NCBI RefSeq assembly: GCF_001194135.2
Contig: NC_069010.1
Coordinates: 8,304,190 to 8,368,189, forward strand
Direction: 5' to 3'
DNA: 64,000 nt
Origin: Octopus bimaculoides
Taxonomy: Eukaryota
The position numbers and the translations under genes are program-made. This document shows positions 14,442 through 28,400 of the stretch, piece by piece (the stretch's first letter is position 1; every line of letters begins with the position of its first letter). The notes beneath the pieces are model-generated. The model saw nothing but the letters and a program-made list of their open reading frames with translations. It searched no databases and was not told the origin of the DNA.

Positions 14442-17400
14442 CAGAATGGTTGGGATCCTTCCGACATGTTCAGAACTAATTATGAGCAATTCAATGTGAT
14501 ATCTACATATGATGAAAACTTATCACAATACACGTGAGTTCTCCACTGGCTTTCTTTCTCTCTGTCCCCGTGTCCGGTCGTCCGTCTCTGTCTGTATTTC
14601 TCATTCTTGTTCCGTTTTAGTTTTAGTTTGTTTCTTTTCATACGTGTCCTCGCCCCACTCCACTGTCTCTTCCTCTGTCGCAGGACTCCATTAGAAAGAC
14701 GTGATACTAAGGAATATAAAGAACGAGAAGAAGCTGCTGCCAAACTGGCTGACGAAATCGAGAGAAGTGACAGTTACAAACACAGGATATCGTTGGAGAA
14801 TGGCGAGGGGGAAGACGAGGAGAAATTTGCAGCCGTCGTCAAACCAGAGCAACAGCAACAGCAGCAGCAACAACAAAGTAGTAACGCCCCTGGAAGGTAG
14901 GCTAAAACGGTTTTATATGATTTTAAACTTGTCGTCGTCATTCTTTTTAGTCCTAACCCGTTGTGTTCACAGCAGTATGCCTGTATCGATGTTGATTTTG
15001 TGAATCCCCTATATACATTCAGCCAGTCAGGTATCCAAGTCCTGGGGTCGATTTATTCGACTAAAAGGTGGTACTCCAGCAGGGCTGCAGTCAAATGACT
15101 GAAACAAGTAAAAGAGTATATATCATCATCATCATCATCGTCATCATCCTTTAACGTCCGCTGTCCAAGTTGGCATGGGTTGGACAGTTTGACCAGAGCT
15201 GGCAAGCCACAGCTCCAGTCTAATTTGGCATAGTTTCCATGGCTGGATGCCCTTGCTAATGCTAACCACTTTACAGTGTGTTGGGTTCCTTTATGTGGCA
15301 CTTTATACGTGGCACCAGGACAGGATTCGCCCATGCCAATCCTCTTCCCCAGGGGGGCACTGGCCTTAACACTTCTGCTGTGTGGGACGTGTCTTCTTGA
15401 GTACAGTAAGGTGCCTTCAGTATCTCATCTGAAAGGCTCAGCATCCTGAGGCTGTTGTTCAGTACTTCATCCTATGTCTTCCTGGGCCTCCCCTTCTTCC
15501 ACGTGCTCCATCTGCTTTGAGAGATGGGCACTTTGTGGACCTGTTGGCATCCATCTGCATTACATGACCAAACCAACAGAATCTTGTTCCCTTGCACACA
15601 GCATCTAATTCCTCGTATGCCCTTTGTCAAACATGTACACTTACATTACACATCCAGCAGAGCATACTAGCCTCATTCCTCTCTAACTTTCGCACGCCTT
15701 TGGTATTATTCAGGGCCTACACCTCACCCCTATCTAGAATTGTTGTTTGTATACATGTGTGGAGGCGCAATGGCCCAGTGGTTAGGGCAGCGGACTCGCG
15801 GTCATAGGATCGCGGTATCGATTCCCAGACCAGGCGTTGTGAGTGTTTATTGAGCGAAAACACCTAAAAGCTCCATGAGGCTCCGGCAGGGGATGGTGGT
15901 GAACCCTGCTGTACTCTTTCACCACAACTTTCTCTCACTCTTACTTCCTGTTTCTGTTGTACCTGTAATTCAAAGGGGCCAGCCTTGTCACACTCTGTGT
16001 CACGCTGAATATCCCCGAGAACTGCGTTAAGGGTACACATGTCTGTGGAGTGCTCAGCCACTTGCACGTTAATTTCACGAGCAGGCTGATCGGATCAACT
16101 GGAACCCTCGACGTCGTAAGCGACGGAGTGCCAACACAACAACATGTGTCATACAAACTTTCACTCTGGTTAGCCACAGAATCTGAATCTTCTTGGGTGT
16201 TGTTTTTAAATGACTGTTCGGGGGTTTGGCTGCTGTTTCTAGCTTTTCATTGAATGCATTGTGGTTTTTTGTTGCTGTTTATTTCTGTCTCTTGTTTTGG
16301 TTTTCCAGAAATGCAGTCCCCCTGCGTAAAGTCCCCAGTCGAGGCGGAATGGTAGGCACCGGTAGTACGGGTGTCCGTGGGAGCAGCCTGTCTCCGAACA
16401 ACATGAGTACTAGTCAAGCACTGAGCAACAGTAGTAGTAGTAGTATTAGCAGCAGCAGCAACAGTAACAGCAGCAACAGCGTTAGCAGCAGTAACAACAC
16501 CACCAACAACAACACCACTACTACTACTACTACTACTACAACTAACAGCAACAACANNNNNNNNNNCATGACCCACCATCACCAGCAGCAGCAGCAGCAG
16601 CAGCCGCCGGCCACGGCCACCGTCGCCGACCCGAGCCCGCAGCCGTCTATTGTTGCCCAGCAGATAACCTCAATGTTGCCACCGCAACTTCAACAGAATC
16701 ACAGTAATTACAACCCTTCTCGAGAAGCGCTGCCCTCACAGCCACAGTCCCTGCCCCTACAAACGCAAATCACAAAGAGTCACGACTCCCCTTCCGATTC
16801 ATCAAATATGGAACAACTCAAAGTGAATGGATGTGAGTTTGGTCAAATTCTTTATTCACTCTTTAATTGTGCGTCTTTTATTCTCTTGCTTGTTTCAGTC
16901 ACGCGACTGTGACCGTGACCGTGCTGGGGCACCGCCTTGAAGGGCTTTAAGTCGAACAGTGGCACCCATGCCGGTGACGCGTAAAAAGCACCATTCAAGC
17001 GTGGTCGATGCCAGTGGCACGTAAAAAGTACCCACTACAGTCTCGGAGTGGTTGGCCTTAGGAAGGGCATCCAGCTGTAGAAACCTTGCCACCTCAGATT
17101 GGAGCCTGGTGCAGCCTCCTGGCTTGCCAGTCCTCAGTCAAACTGTCCAACCCATGCCAGCATGGAAAGCGGATGTTAAGCAATGATCATGATGAGGAAA
17201 TCTACCCAAGGACTTATATCTTAAGCCTTGTACTTACTTCATCATACTCTTTTGCCAACTGAATGAACTGGTGCAACATGAAATAAAGTGTCTTGCTCAA
17301 GGACACAACACGTCGCCAGGAATCAGTCTCAATCTTAGAATTGTGAACCAGATATCCTAACCATGATAAAATGCATGTCCATGTATTTAGGTGTGAGTGT

Positions 17401-20400
17401 GTATGTGTGTGTAAAATTATGTAATATATATATATATGTGTGTATATTTTGTAGCTTCTGAGAAGGAAGACAAAGAAATCCTCAGCAACCGGTCTCATAT
17501 TGTGCCTGCCGATAACAGAGAAATTGTACCTGCTTCTCCTTTATCAGGCCTCGATGAATCAAGAAGGAATTCAAATTCAAAAGGTTATTATTATTGTTGT
17601 TGTTGTTCTTGTTATTATTAGGCTATTACATGCTATATTAGTTAAAAGATGTTGTCTTGAGGTTTGGTGACAAGAAGTTTCCTCAAATCTTAAGAATTTT
17701 TCATAGGATTTTTTTTTTTTTTTCTTAAAATATAAGATGATGTGGCTCCTGTGCAGGTGACACGTAAAATACACCATTTCGAGTGTGGCTGTTGCCAATA
17801 AGACATTCGAGCGAGATCGTTGCCGGTGACCCTGGACTGGCTCTTGTGCGGGTGGCATGTAAAATACACCATTTTGAGCATGGCCGTTGCCAGTACCGCC
17901 TGACTGACCCTCGTGCCAGTGGCACATAAAAGCACCCACTATACTCTCGGAGTGGTTGGCGTTAGGAAGGGCATCCAGCTGTAGAAACTCTGCCAAATCA
18001 CATTGAGGCCTGGTGTTGCCTCCTGGTTCACCAGTCCTCAGTTAAATAGTCCAACCCATGCTAGCATGGAAAGCGGACGTTAAACGACGACGATGACAGT
18101 ATTCTGAAGGTCAACAGTGCATATCTCAGTTCCCGTATCCTTCAGCCTCTTAGACAGCTGTCAACTAACTGCTCGTGGCAGTTCACACACTTCTTTACTT
18201 ATTGAAATCCGTTAGTCCACCTTCAGTCACGTGGTGGGTGTAAAGGATTCTCCCTAGCTGCATTGCTTCCAACCCCATCACATTTTGCCAAGGCCAGCTT
18301 TGCCCTCCATCCTTGCCAGGATCAATAAACTATGTAAACTGTTGAGCACTGGGCTTGATGTAACCAACTTAGCCATGCCCCTAAAAGTGCTGGCCTTAAG
18401 CCAAATATTGCAACCATTAGTAGTAGTAGTAGCAATAGTAATGTATACCTGTCACTACTTCCCGACTTATTCCCATATCTTATCTATTCATGCTTACATA
18501 TCTTAAGACATACATTTGTGTATATATCTTATCTTCAGGTGCATTTTTGTGTTTGCCCATAAATGCATGTACACAAGTTATTATCTCATATTACAAGATA
18601 ACTTCATGTGAACATAATTAATATGGAAGCAATTACAGTTGCCAGCAAAATTTTGTGAGTGGTGAAGGGTGGTTTTGAATGAGACTTTTCTTTTTTCTTT
18701 TTCTTAACATTTTTATTTTAAAGAGGTGTTTTTTTTATATATATTAAACATGGAACTATACATAGTTGTCATACAACCTTATTTATTTCTTTCCCTCTCA
18801 ACAGATCGAGCTTCCGAAATAGAAGCCTACAAAACATTTAGTTCACATATTAAGGTAAGTTGGTTTTGATTCTTCTGCAGTTGTCTATTTCAAAGTGTTT
18901 CTATTTGAAGGAAGGGCATCCAGCTGTAAAAACCATGCCACAACAGACAACCGGAGTCTGGGCAGCTGCTCAACTGGCCAGGCCCTGTCAAACCATCAGA
19001 ACATCACCCCTCTGCTACAATTATATTTTCAACTTTCCTCTACCTTCAGCTAACATTTTTAACCACATAATAAGTGTTACATTCCCCCTACCTCACGTCA
19101 TGGACGCTTCTCTTTCCCTCTTGTTCTTTCTCCCTCTTTCTGTTTCCCTCTTCGCCTTATCCTCTTTTTGTCTTCTTTCTCCTCTCTTTCCCTTCAACTA
19201 ATCACATGAATACATTACAGTTACATTCCATCTACCTCACGCCATAAACGCTTCTCTTTCCCTCTTTTTCTCTCTCGCTCCCTCTCTTTTTCTAATCCCG
19301 TGAAAGCGTTACCAATGTGCTAAGTTAATGCAACGACAAGCAGAATTATTATAAGAAGAATATATCTTATGCATATGCGTGTGTACGCACCTGAATGTAT
19401 AGATCTATATGTATGTGTATATTACATGTGTATTTAAAAGAAAGTTAGTCATCTTCGGTTGGTTGTTTTTTCCTCGCATTCGGTACTAAATGTGGTTATT
19501 TTGGGAAGTCCAGTGTGTGGCATTATTTTACTGTAGTAATGCCCATTATATAAATATAAACAAATAATTATATTCTTGGGAATAGAAATTTCCCTTATGA
19601 ATTTTTTTTACACACTGGCTTCTTGATAAAATTCTTGTAAAAAGAGTTTTATCCCTTTTTCGAATTTATTAATCAAATATATATATATATATATATATAT
19701 ATANNNNNNNNNNNNNNNNNNNNNNNNNNNNNNNNNNNNNNNNNNNNNNNNNNNNNNNNNNNNNNNNNNNNNNNNNNNNNNNNNNNNNNNNNNNNNNNNN
19801 NNNNNNNNNNNNNNNNNNNNNNNNNNNNNNNNNNNNNNNNNNNNNNNNNNNNNNNNNNNNNNNNNNNNNNNNNNNNNNNNNNNNNNNNNNNNNNNNNNNN
19901 NNNNNNNNNNNNNNNNNNNNNNNNNNNNNNNNNNNNNNNNNNNNNNNNNNNNNNNNNNNNNNNNNNNNNNNNNNNNNNNNNNNNNNNNNNNNNNNNNNNN
20001 NNNNNNNNNNNNNNNNNNNNNNNNNNNNNNNNNNNNNNNNNNNNNCTCTGTCTCTTTTGAATATGAAAATTTAAAAGTTTAAAAACCTTATAATATATAT
20101 ATATATATATATATTATAAGGATTTTAACTTTTAAATTTTCATATTCAAAAGTTACTGGATAAGTTTGGCACAGAAATGTTAACATAGAGTGGTGAATAA
20201 ATCGATATATCGAGTTTGAAATCTCTGTCTCTTTTGAATATGAAAATTTAAAAGTTCAAAAACCTTATAATATAAATATAAACTGTGAGAACGACCCTTA
20301 AGGAATCTAGTTAATGATCTCCTAAGGTAAGTTCTTATGCTATATTGGTAACGGTTGCTACATCCTCTGGAAAAATTATTATATATATATATTTGTATAT

Positions 20401-23400
20401 ACCTCTGTGTATACATAGAATATTTAGATGAATGTATGTTACGTACGTGTGTATGTATAACGTTTTTATATATATATATATCTATATACATATTTCAGTT
20501 AACTGGAAGTTATAAAGACAAAGAAAAAGGAGAGAAAGGTGAGCGTCAGGAGAAATCAGAAGAGCGGAAAGATTTGGAGAAGAGCAAAGAATTTGAGAAA
20601 ACTGATAAGCTATCACAGTGAGTACTGCTCCATGGTGATCATCATCATCTTGATTGAATATATTCCACTTGCGACCATCCTGACTTTTTATTCAGGCACA
20701 AGTGTATTGAGGACTGCATTGTCTAATGTATAGGTTTTTCAACGGGCTCCGTTTGGAACTCGAGGAGGGGTGGGGGTGCGTTTTGAAAGAGCCACTCTTT
20801 CGATAGACGACACATTGATCTCACAAGTGTCCCATGGTGGGAGTAAATGCAATTACCAAACTTTCAATTTGTCCATCTGTACTCCCGACTACATAGAAGC
20901 GCATATGTAAAACTACGTCCTTTATGTTTTTTAATCATTATCTGCTGATATCAAAAGAAGTAGTATATCGAAGAATAAAAATATTTTCTAGGGGGGGGGG
21001 GGNNNNNNNNNNNCTTTTGGCCGAAATGGGTTCAGAACGCAGTGGGACTGAACCCGGAACCATGTAGTTGGTAAGCAAGCTACTTTACCACACAGCCACT
21101 CCTGCGCCTATAAAAGATGAAAATATTTTGTGTGTTGGTGGAAGTATAACCAACATAATTTAAACAGCAAAATCTTACGTAGACCCTCAAGGGTCATATG
21201 GCCACTGGTTTAGAACCACTTTTTTCCTAGGAAGAGAAAAATCATGGGCGCAGCCATCTCTCCTTACTAAGACATAAAACAGCAGCCAGTACACTGCAAG
21301 GTGTGTAGCATTAGGAAGGGTATCAAGCATTAAGGACCTTGCTGAAGCAGACAGTGGGTTTTGGTGCAGTCCTCTGGGCATCTCTGAAACCGTCCATCAC
21401 CTGCCAGCATGGAGAATGAATGTTAACCCTTTAACATTCAAACTGGCCAGATCTGGACTCTTGCACCTGTCGTACAATATCTTTCTAAAACTAAGCAATC
21501 TCACCTCATGAGAATATCGTGGCCGGTGGCACGTAAAAAGGCACCCACTACACTCTCAGAGTGGTTGGCGTTAGGAAGGGCATCCAGCTGTAGAAACTTT
21601 GCCAGATCAGATTGGAGCCTGGTGTAGCCATCCGGTTTTCGCCAGTCCTCAGTCAAATCGTCCAACCCATGCTAGCATGGAAAGCAGACGTTAAACGACG
21701 ACGATGATGATGATGAAGAAGATAATTCAAAACAATGTGAATACTAATGGTTTACATGATGATGATAATGCTTGTAATTCCACTTAATGTTCTTTATTTT
21801 TCTTTCAGAAAAGTCAAAAATTCTACCTTAAACCCGAATGCAAAGGAATTTAATCCCAAGAGTTACCCACAGGTATGTTTTAATTTTGTTTTTATTTATT
21901 TTTTTCACTTCCTATTGTTAATTCCTTCCCTACACACTCCTTTGTACAAGCTATAAAGATGCTAGCAAACTAGTTGTTGTTGTCGGCACTCCGTCGCTTG
22001 CGACGTCGAGGGTTCCAGTTGATCCGATCAACGGAACAGCCTGCTCGTGAAATTAACGTGCAAGTCGCTGAGCACTCCACAGACACGTGTACCCTTAACG
22101 TAGTTCTCGGGGGATATTCAGCGTGACACAGTGTGTGACAAGGCTGACCCTTTGAATTACAGGCACAACAGAAACAGGAAGTAAGAGTGAGAGAAAGTTG
22201 TGGTGGAAGAGTACAGCAGGGTTCACCACCATCCCCTGCCGGAGCCTCGTGGAGCTTTAGGTGTTTTCGCTCAATAAACACTCACAGCACCCGGTCTGGG
22301 AATCAAAACCGCGAGTCCGCTACCTTAACCACTGGGCCATTGCGTCTCCACTAGCAAACTAGACGTAGACAGCATATCGGGTATTATTGACCTGCTCTTT
22401 CTCTCTCCCCCCCCCCACAAAATTACTGGCCTTGTGCCAAAATTAGAATTATTATTGGTTTATTTATGTAATTTGTTTGTTTGATTTTTCTTGTTTTCAG
22501 AAACACTGTGTGCAGACCCCAACGCCACCACGGCCTCAAACTCAAAGTCCTGTGCCGTTACCTTCGATGCCATCAGCTATGCAAGGGCAACAGCTCTACA
22601 CCCAGTACATTGTACCCAGTGTTATGTCCATGCCTACTGCCACACCGCAGCAGGCTACCAACCAGAATAACAGGTTCAACGCAGCAAAACGTGGTAATTC
22701 CTTCCTTGAATTTTGATTTAAATGTGCGACTTGGTCTGTTGATAGTCTGTGTGTGTAAATGTTACTTCTGTTTATGATTCTCTGCTTCTCCCTGCCTCAC
22801 CTCATTCTCAGATTATGAAGAGAAACCGTTCCCTTTCATCGCCATCATCATTTAGTGTCTGCCTTCCATGCTGGTATGATTTGGACGGTTTGACAGGGGC
22901 CAGGCAGGTAGAAGACTACACCGCGCTACTGCGCTTGTTTGGGCGTGGTTTTTACAGCTGGATGCCCCTCTTAACTCCAACCATCCTGTAGAGTGGACTC
23001 AGTGCTTTTTACGTGGCACCAGAACAGGTGAGGTCAGTTCTGGCATGGTTTTTACAGCTGGATGCCCTTCCACATGCCAACCACTTCACAGTGTGAACTG
23101 GATGCTTTTTATGTGGCACTGACATGGTCACCAAGTAACTTAAAAGACAAGGAATTTTGGGAGAGGAGGTAATCTTGTGTCATGATGAAAGATTATAGTG
23201 AGTCAGAGAGACAGAACCAGGTGTCTTGCTATAGAGGTGGGGATCTTGTGTCACATGATGATAGATTATAGTGTGACAGAGAGGCAGAAACAGGTGAACG
23301 AGTTGTCTTGTTGTTGTTGTTGTCAAGATATTTACCCCCTCTTTTTCTTTCTTTTTCAGCGATCGTGCCTGTTCCTCGGCATGACTATACTGCTCAGGCC

Positions 23401-25303
23401 GCAGCCGCCGCTGCCACGGGGCCCCCACTTCTGGCTCAAACCAACATCCCCGCACCGTATTTCCCTTACTACCAACTTCCGCAGCCCACGCACACGCCGT
23501 ACACTCAGGTAGGTATACATTTATACACGTATTTTTTTTTTGTTTATATATGCACATATTTAATACTTTGGTTTTGGGCGATAAGGCCGAACACAAAAAA
23601 AGGCTAAATTTCAGATAAGACAAAGTGCAACAGGCCACGATTATGGCTGTCAGGCACAGGTCGACAGGCCACAACTGTGGCCCAGATAGATGCATTTAAT
23701 TTATGGGCGTTTGCTGGGGGTCTTATGTCACTCAAACGCTCCAGTATCCACCAGAATGCAAGAGGACTAATTGTTCAACTAATGACTTTTCAGATGATGT
23801 AAAACTTGCCACCATTATATACTGAGAAGATATTTTAACTATTCTTTGTGTTTTTATGTGTGCATGGCAGTCTCGTTTTCATAAAATGTGCTCAGCAGTC
23901 CATGCTATGTAAGTGCAAATCCCAGCACTTCATGGGTTAAACCCAGGAAGACATGGGACAAGGTGGTGAACCGTGATCATCGAACTTTAGGCCTCACAGA
24001 GGCAAGGACTAGTGACCAAGGCCTTTGGCGATATGTTGTGCTTGACCACCGAGATCAACTTTGCCTTTCATCCTTTCAGGATTGAATAAATTAAATACTA
24101 TTGCATACTGGGGGTCGATCTAATCAACTGCCCCCTCCCCCCTCCCCATAAATTTCAAGCCTTGTGCCTAGAGTAGAAAAAGAATCTGTCGTGCTTGAGA
24201 AAACCCGACAAGTATTTGAGTTTGGAATGGAAGTCTTTAAATGGAAGAGTGATATGTTGTTAGATTCTGAAATAGCATTTCATGCACGTTTGTATTTAAA
24301 CGGGAAATTAACCAGTTTAGTATTCAAACTGGCCATAACCGGCCAAAATATTCCAACTGTTTTATGTTCCTTCCAACCAACCAACCAGATCCAGCTTCTC
24401 ACACCTTCCGTACAATGTCATTCTAAATATAAACAACCACTTCATGAAAATCTCAGTGTTACAAGGCAATACCTGATTAACTGAAAGCAATGGGAATAAA
24501 TAAGGATTACATTTGACAGGGTTTATCTGAATGTTGAATGGTAAAAGGTCCGATAATGATTAGCTTTGAAATGGAAGTTTAAACACACTTCTTAGCATTT
24601 AATCTGGCCTCATCCAGCCCAAATGTTGTTTGTTTTGCATTTAAACTGACCACTTCCAGCCTCTGACACCAAATTCAAAACCATTTGAATAAAATAAGCT
24701 TAAACAATCTGAATGGTGAAGGGTTAAATATACTTGATTCTGAAATGGGGTGTTTAAATACACATAGGCATTTAGAGGCTTGTAATGGCAGCTGAAACAC
24801 TTAGCGAATATTGAACAGAAGAAAAATAACCCCCTTAGCTGGATACAAATAGATCAGCAAAATTCTAGTTTTGTATTAACAGCAGATATTTTAACTCTTA
24901 AATGCCTGGACCACAACAACTGTTCCTGAGTCTTGAACCATGCATAACCACATTTCAAATAGTGTTGTTTAAGGGTGATAAAACAGGAACTAAGAATTCT
25001 TTTCAATGAGAAATAAAGTTTAGCTTTTGTTTTAGTTTTTTTTTTTCCAAAAGACTTCGTGTTTGTTTGTTTGTTGTTGTTTATTCAATGAACTTGGATT
25101 TTTCTCTTGTCTCCGTTTTTTTTTGTTTTTTTTTTTGAGCTCCGTAGTGGGTATAACCGTGGGTGGTGAGTTAGAATTTGGTGGTGTTATGATGGTGCAG
25201 GCCCCTGGCTGTATGGTTGAGAAGCTTGCTTTCCAGTCCCACCTTAGGGGCCCAAAGAAAGCCTTGTGAGTGGGTTTGGTGAAACTGGAATTGAAAGAAA
25301 CCT

Positions 25304-25342
<39 letters not shown>

Positions 25343-25375
25343 GTTTGTATATGTGTGTGTGTATGTATATCTGTA

Positions 25376-25420
<45 letters not shown>

Positions 25421-28400
25421 ATGTGTATATATGTATATCTATATGTGTATATATATATATATGTATATGTGTGTGTATATATGTACGTGTGTGTGTGTAT
25501 TACTGTTGTTTGTAAGGAGCTTATGGTGCTACTGTGTGAAAGGAGGCTGGTATTGTGGGGAGATCGTATTAGGGCAGATATTGCTCTAGTGTTTGTCTGA
25601 GGCAGTGGAGGAGTAATTACAAATATTCTCTCTCAAACCTTCGTTAGTTAGCAATTCTTAAAATCATTAACAGAATTGATTACCACTAACTAGAAATAGC
25701 AAGAACTTCACCGTAGATGATATATTTAAGAAAACAAAGAATATATATATTTCCTGTGTATGGAGTCTTTGCATCTTTTCATATTCCTTGATTTCAATTT
25801 CATATTTCTTAATTGAGGAGATCGTTATCTCCCATCAAATTAACGGCCAACCAGAGGGTGTGTTACGCATGCGCTAATAGACTGGCTTTACTAAAACATA
25901 TACTTCATGCATGCTTCATTACATTTTTATTATTATTTCTTTTATTTTGCGTGTGAATTTTTTATTGTTAAAAACTTTTTTGCTTTGTTTTTTTATTTAT
26001 TTTAAATTTTTATTTATTTCTATTGTTTGGTTTTTAGTCTGTTTTGTCTGTGCTTTGTCTGTCTCGGGTAGCAACTGGGTGGGAAATGTAAAGTTGCCAG
26101 CGAAAATATGGTATACAATCTTTTTTTTTTTTTTCTTTCTTTGGATTTGCATATTTGGCAAAGTAACTTGTGAGATGTCAACATTTTCATAACACCACTG
26201 CGTCCTTTTTGACATAAACCAAACATGGCTGTGTGGTTAAGAAGTTGGCTTTACAACCACATGGACTCGGGTTCAGTCCTTCTGCTTTGCATCTTTCAGT
26301 TTCCATCTACCAAATCTACTCACAAGGCTTTGGTCAGCCCGAAGCTATAGAAGAAAGACACTTGCCCAAGATGCCATGCAGTGGAACTGTCATGCTGAAT
26401 CTCCTTGAGTACTACGTTAGGGGTACACGTATCTGTGGAGTGCTCAGCCACTTGCACGCTAATTTCACGAGCAGGCTGTTCCGTTGATCAGATCAGCTGA
26501 GACCCTTGTTGTCGTAACCGACGGAGTGCTCCTATATATTATATTATGTATGTGTGCAAGTATACATGTGTCTGTGTGTGTGTGTGTGCATTTTTCAGAA
26601 TCATCTTTTTATATTAAGGAAGTTGAATTTTTTTTTTTTTTTTTTTTTAAGTCCCCTCTTGAAAGGGGTCAGCATGATTTTGTTCGGGTTTGTGCTTTAA
26701 GCTTACATTTAATTGTAACATCCAGCTGTAGAAACTCTGCCTAATCAGATTGGAGCCTGGTGTTGCCATCTGGTTTCACCAGTCCTCAGTCAAATCATCC
26801 AACCCATGCTAGCATGGAAAGCGGACGTTAAACGATGATGATGATGATGATTTGTGTGTGTGTGATGGAAGAAGCTGCAGATGGTGGAAATAACATTTGT
26901 AAAGCCAGATTAATAAAGCTTTTCCATTTTAAAGAGAGATTAACCCCAACAAAAAGCAATTGTACCTTGTTTAAAAAGTTGTTCTCGACCACTTTTTACC
27001 TACAGACCCCTTTCATTCTTATTTTACTCCAATGGTCCTTTATAACAATTTGATACTTAGAAAATCTTATATGCTTATAAATAAATATCATTAGAGGAAT
27101 TGCATTAAAAAAAATAAAGATTCTTTGTGTCTTGTAGAATTATAACCAATTTATTGCGCACAAATTTTGACAACAATCTTATATGAAGCCCCAAGGGTCA
27201 TGTGGCCCCCAGTTAGGAACCATTGGTTTAACCCTTTTGATACCAACCCAGCTGAAACCAGCTCTGGATCTATAGTAGAAATGTTTTGTTTTCTTAAGTT
27301 CAGAATTCAAATCTTCCGCCAAACTTTAGTCACAATTTATGTTCCTAACACTGGCTAATAACTAAGTTATTTTACTAAATTCTTTGTAATATTTAAAATT
27401 AATTGAAAGAAGCACAGAACATCTCAACGAGCATTTCATTCTGGGTTCAAGTTCTGCTGTGGTCAACTTTGCCGTTCACCCTTTCAAGGTTGATGAAATA
27501 AGTACCAGTTATGCACTGGGATCAATATGATCAACTTTACCCCTTCCCCCCAAATTTCAGGCCTTGTGCCAATGATAGAAAGGATTACTACTACTACTAC
27601 TCTTCTATGTACTCAATGCCTACTAATATTATTTCTTGTGTTGTGTGTTTATGTAAACCCTGTATTTTTTCTGCATGTGTTCTAATCATTCCCTAAGCAC
27701 CACTTAATATAGGGACTGTTGCCAGTTTCCAATCCCTGCTTTCTGGTTACCTCCATTTCCAGATCTTTATATTTAGATAATTTTCTCCATTGGTTTTAGA
27801 GATACATTATCATCTATTGAGATTGATATGTCAGTTAGGAATTATTTCTCTTCTTGGTGATCCTTGATAACAATATCTGGTCGATTGTTATCATTCTCTC
27901 CCTGTCTCTGTGTGTAGTATATCCCAGAGTATGGTTGCTTTGCCATTCTCTCTCTGACTTTTCCTGACATATATATCTTTATCTTTCCCTGTTGGTATTT
28001 CATAATGCTGCCATAGCTTCCAGTGTAAGTCCCAACCCTGCCAGGTCTGTAGATTGTATTCTTGGTTAAAACTAGGCAGCCAAAGTCAGCAATGTGGTTT
28101 ACTGTTTATTCATTTCAACTTCTTCCGCAGTTAATGTATTTTGTTTCATTTACATACTTTCGGTGCTTTGTGATGTGGAGGCTTTGATCCTATACTGCAA
28201 TCAAGAATGCTTCCATCTCAGTCAGTGTTATGAATTTCCTGTGTCCCCTTTGCCCTTTATCTGTCCCTTTCATACATCTGCCTTGTAGAGGTCTTTTCTT
28301 AATATTGTCACAACATTCTGCGACCCCAGTTTTAAGCCTTTTCACAATTTCTTTGTCTCTGTTTTCTTTACAACTCTCATATCATATATCAGCCTTTTGT

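Noticed and set aside
20536-20544. Internal AAG|GTGAGC donor in exon 20499-20617
   Set aside because: Would frameshift before PAM2; no support beyond the motif.
25865-25874. NRF1-like ACGCATGCGC intronic promoter
   Set aside because: Single imperfect motif with no other support.
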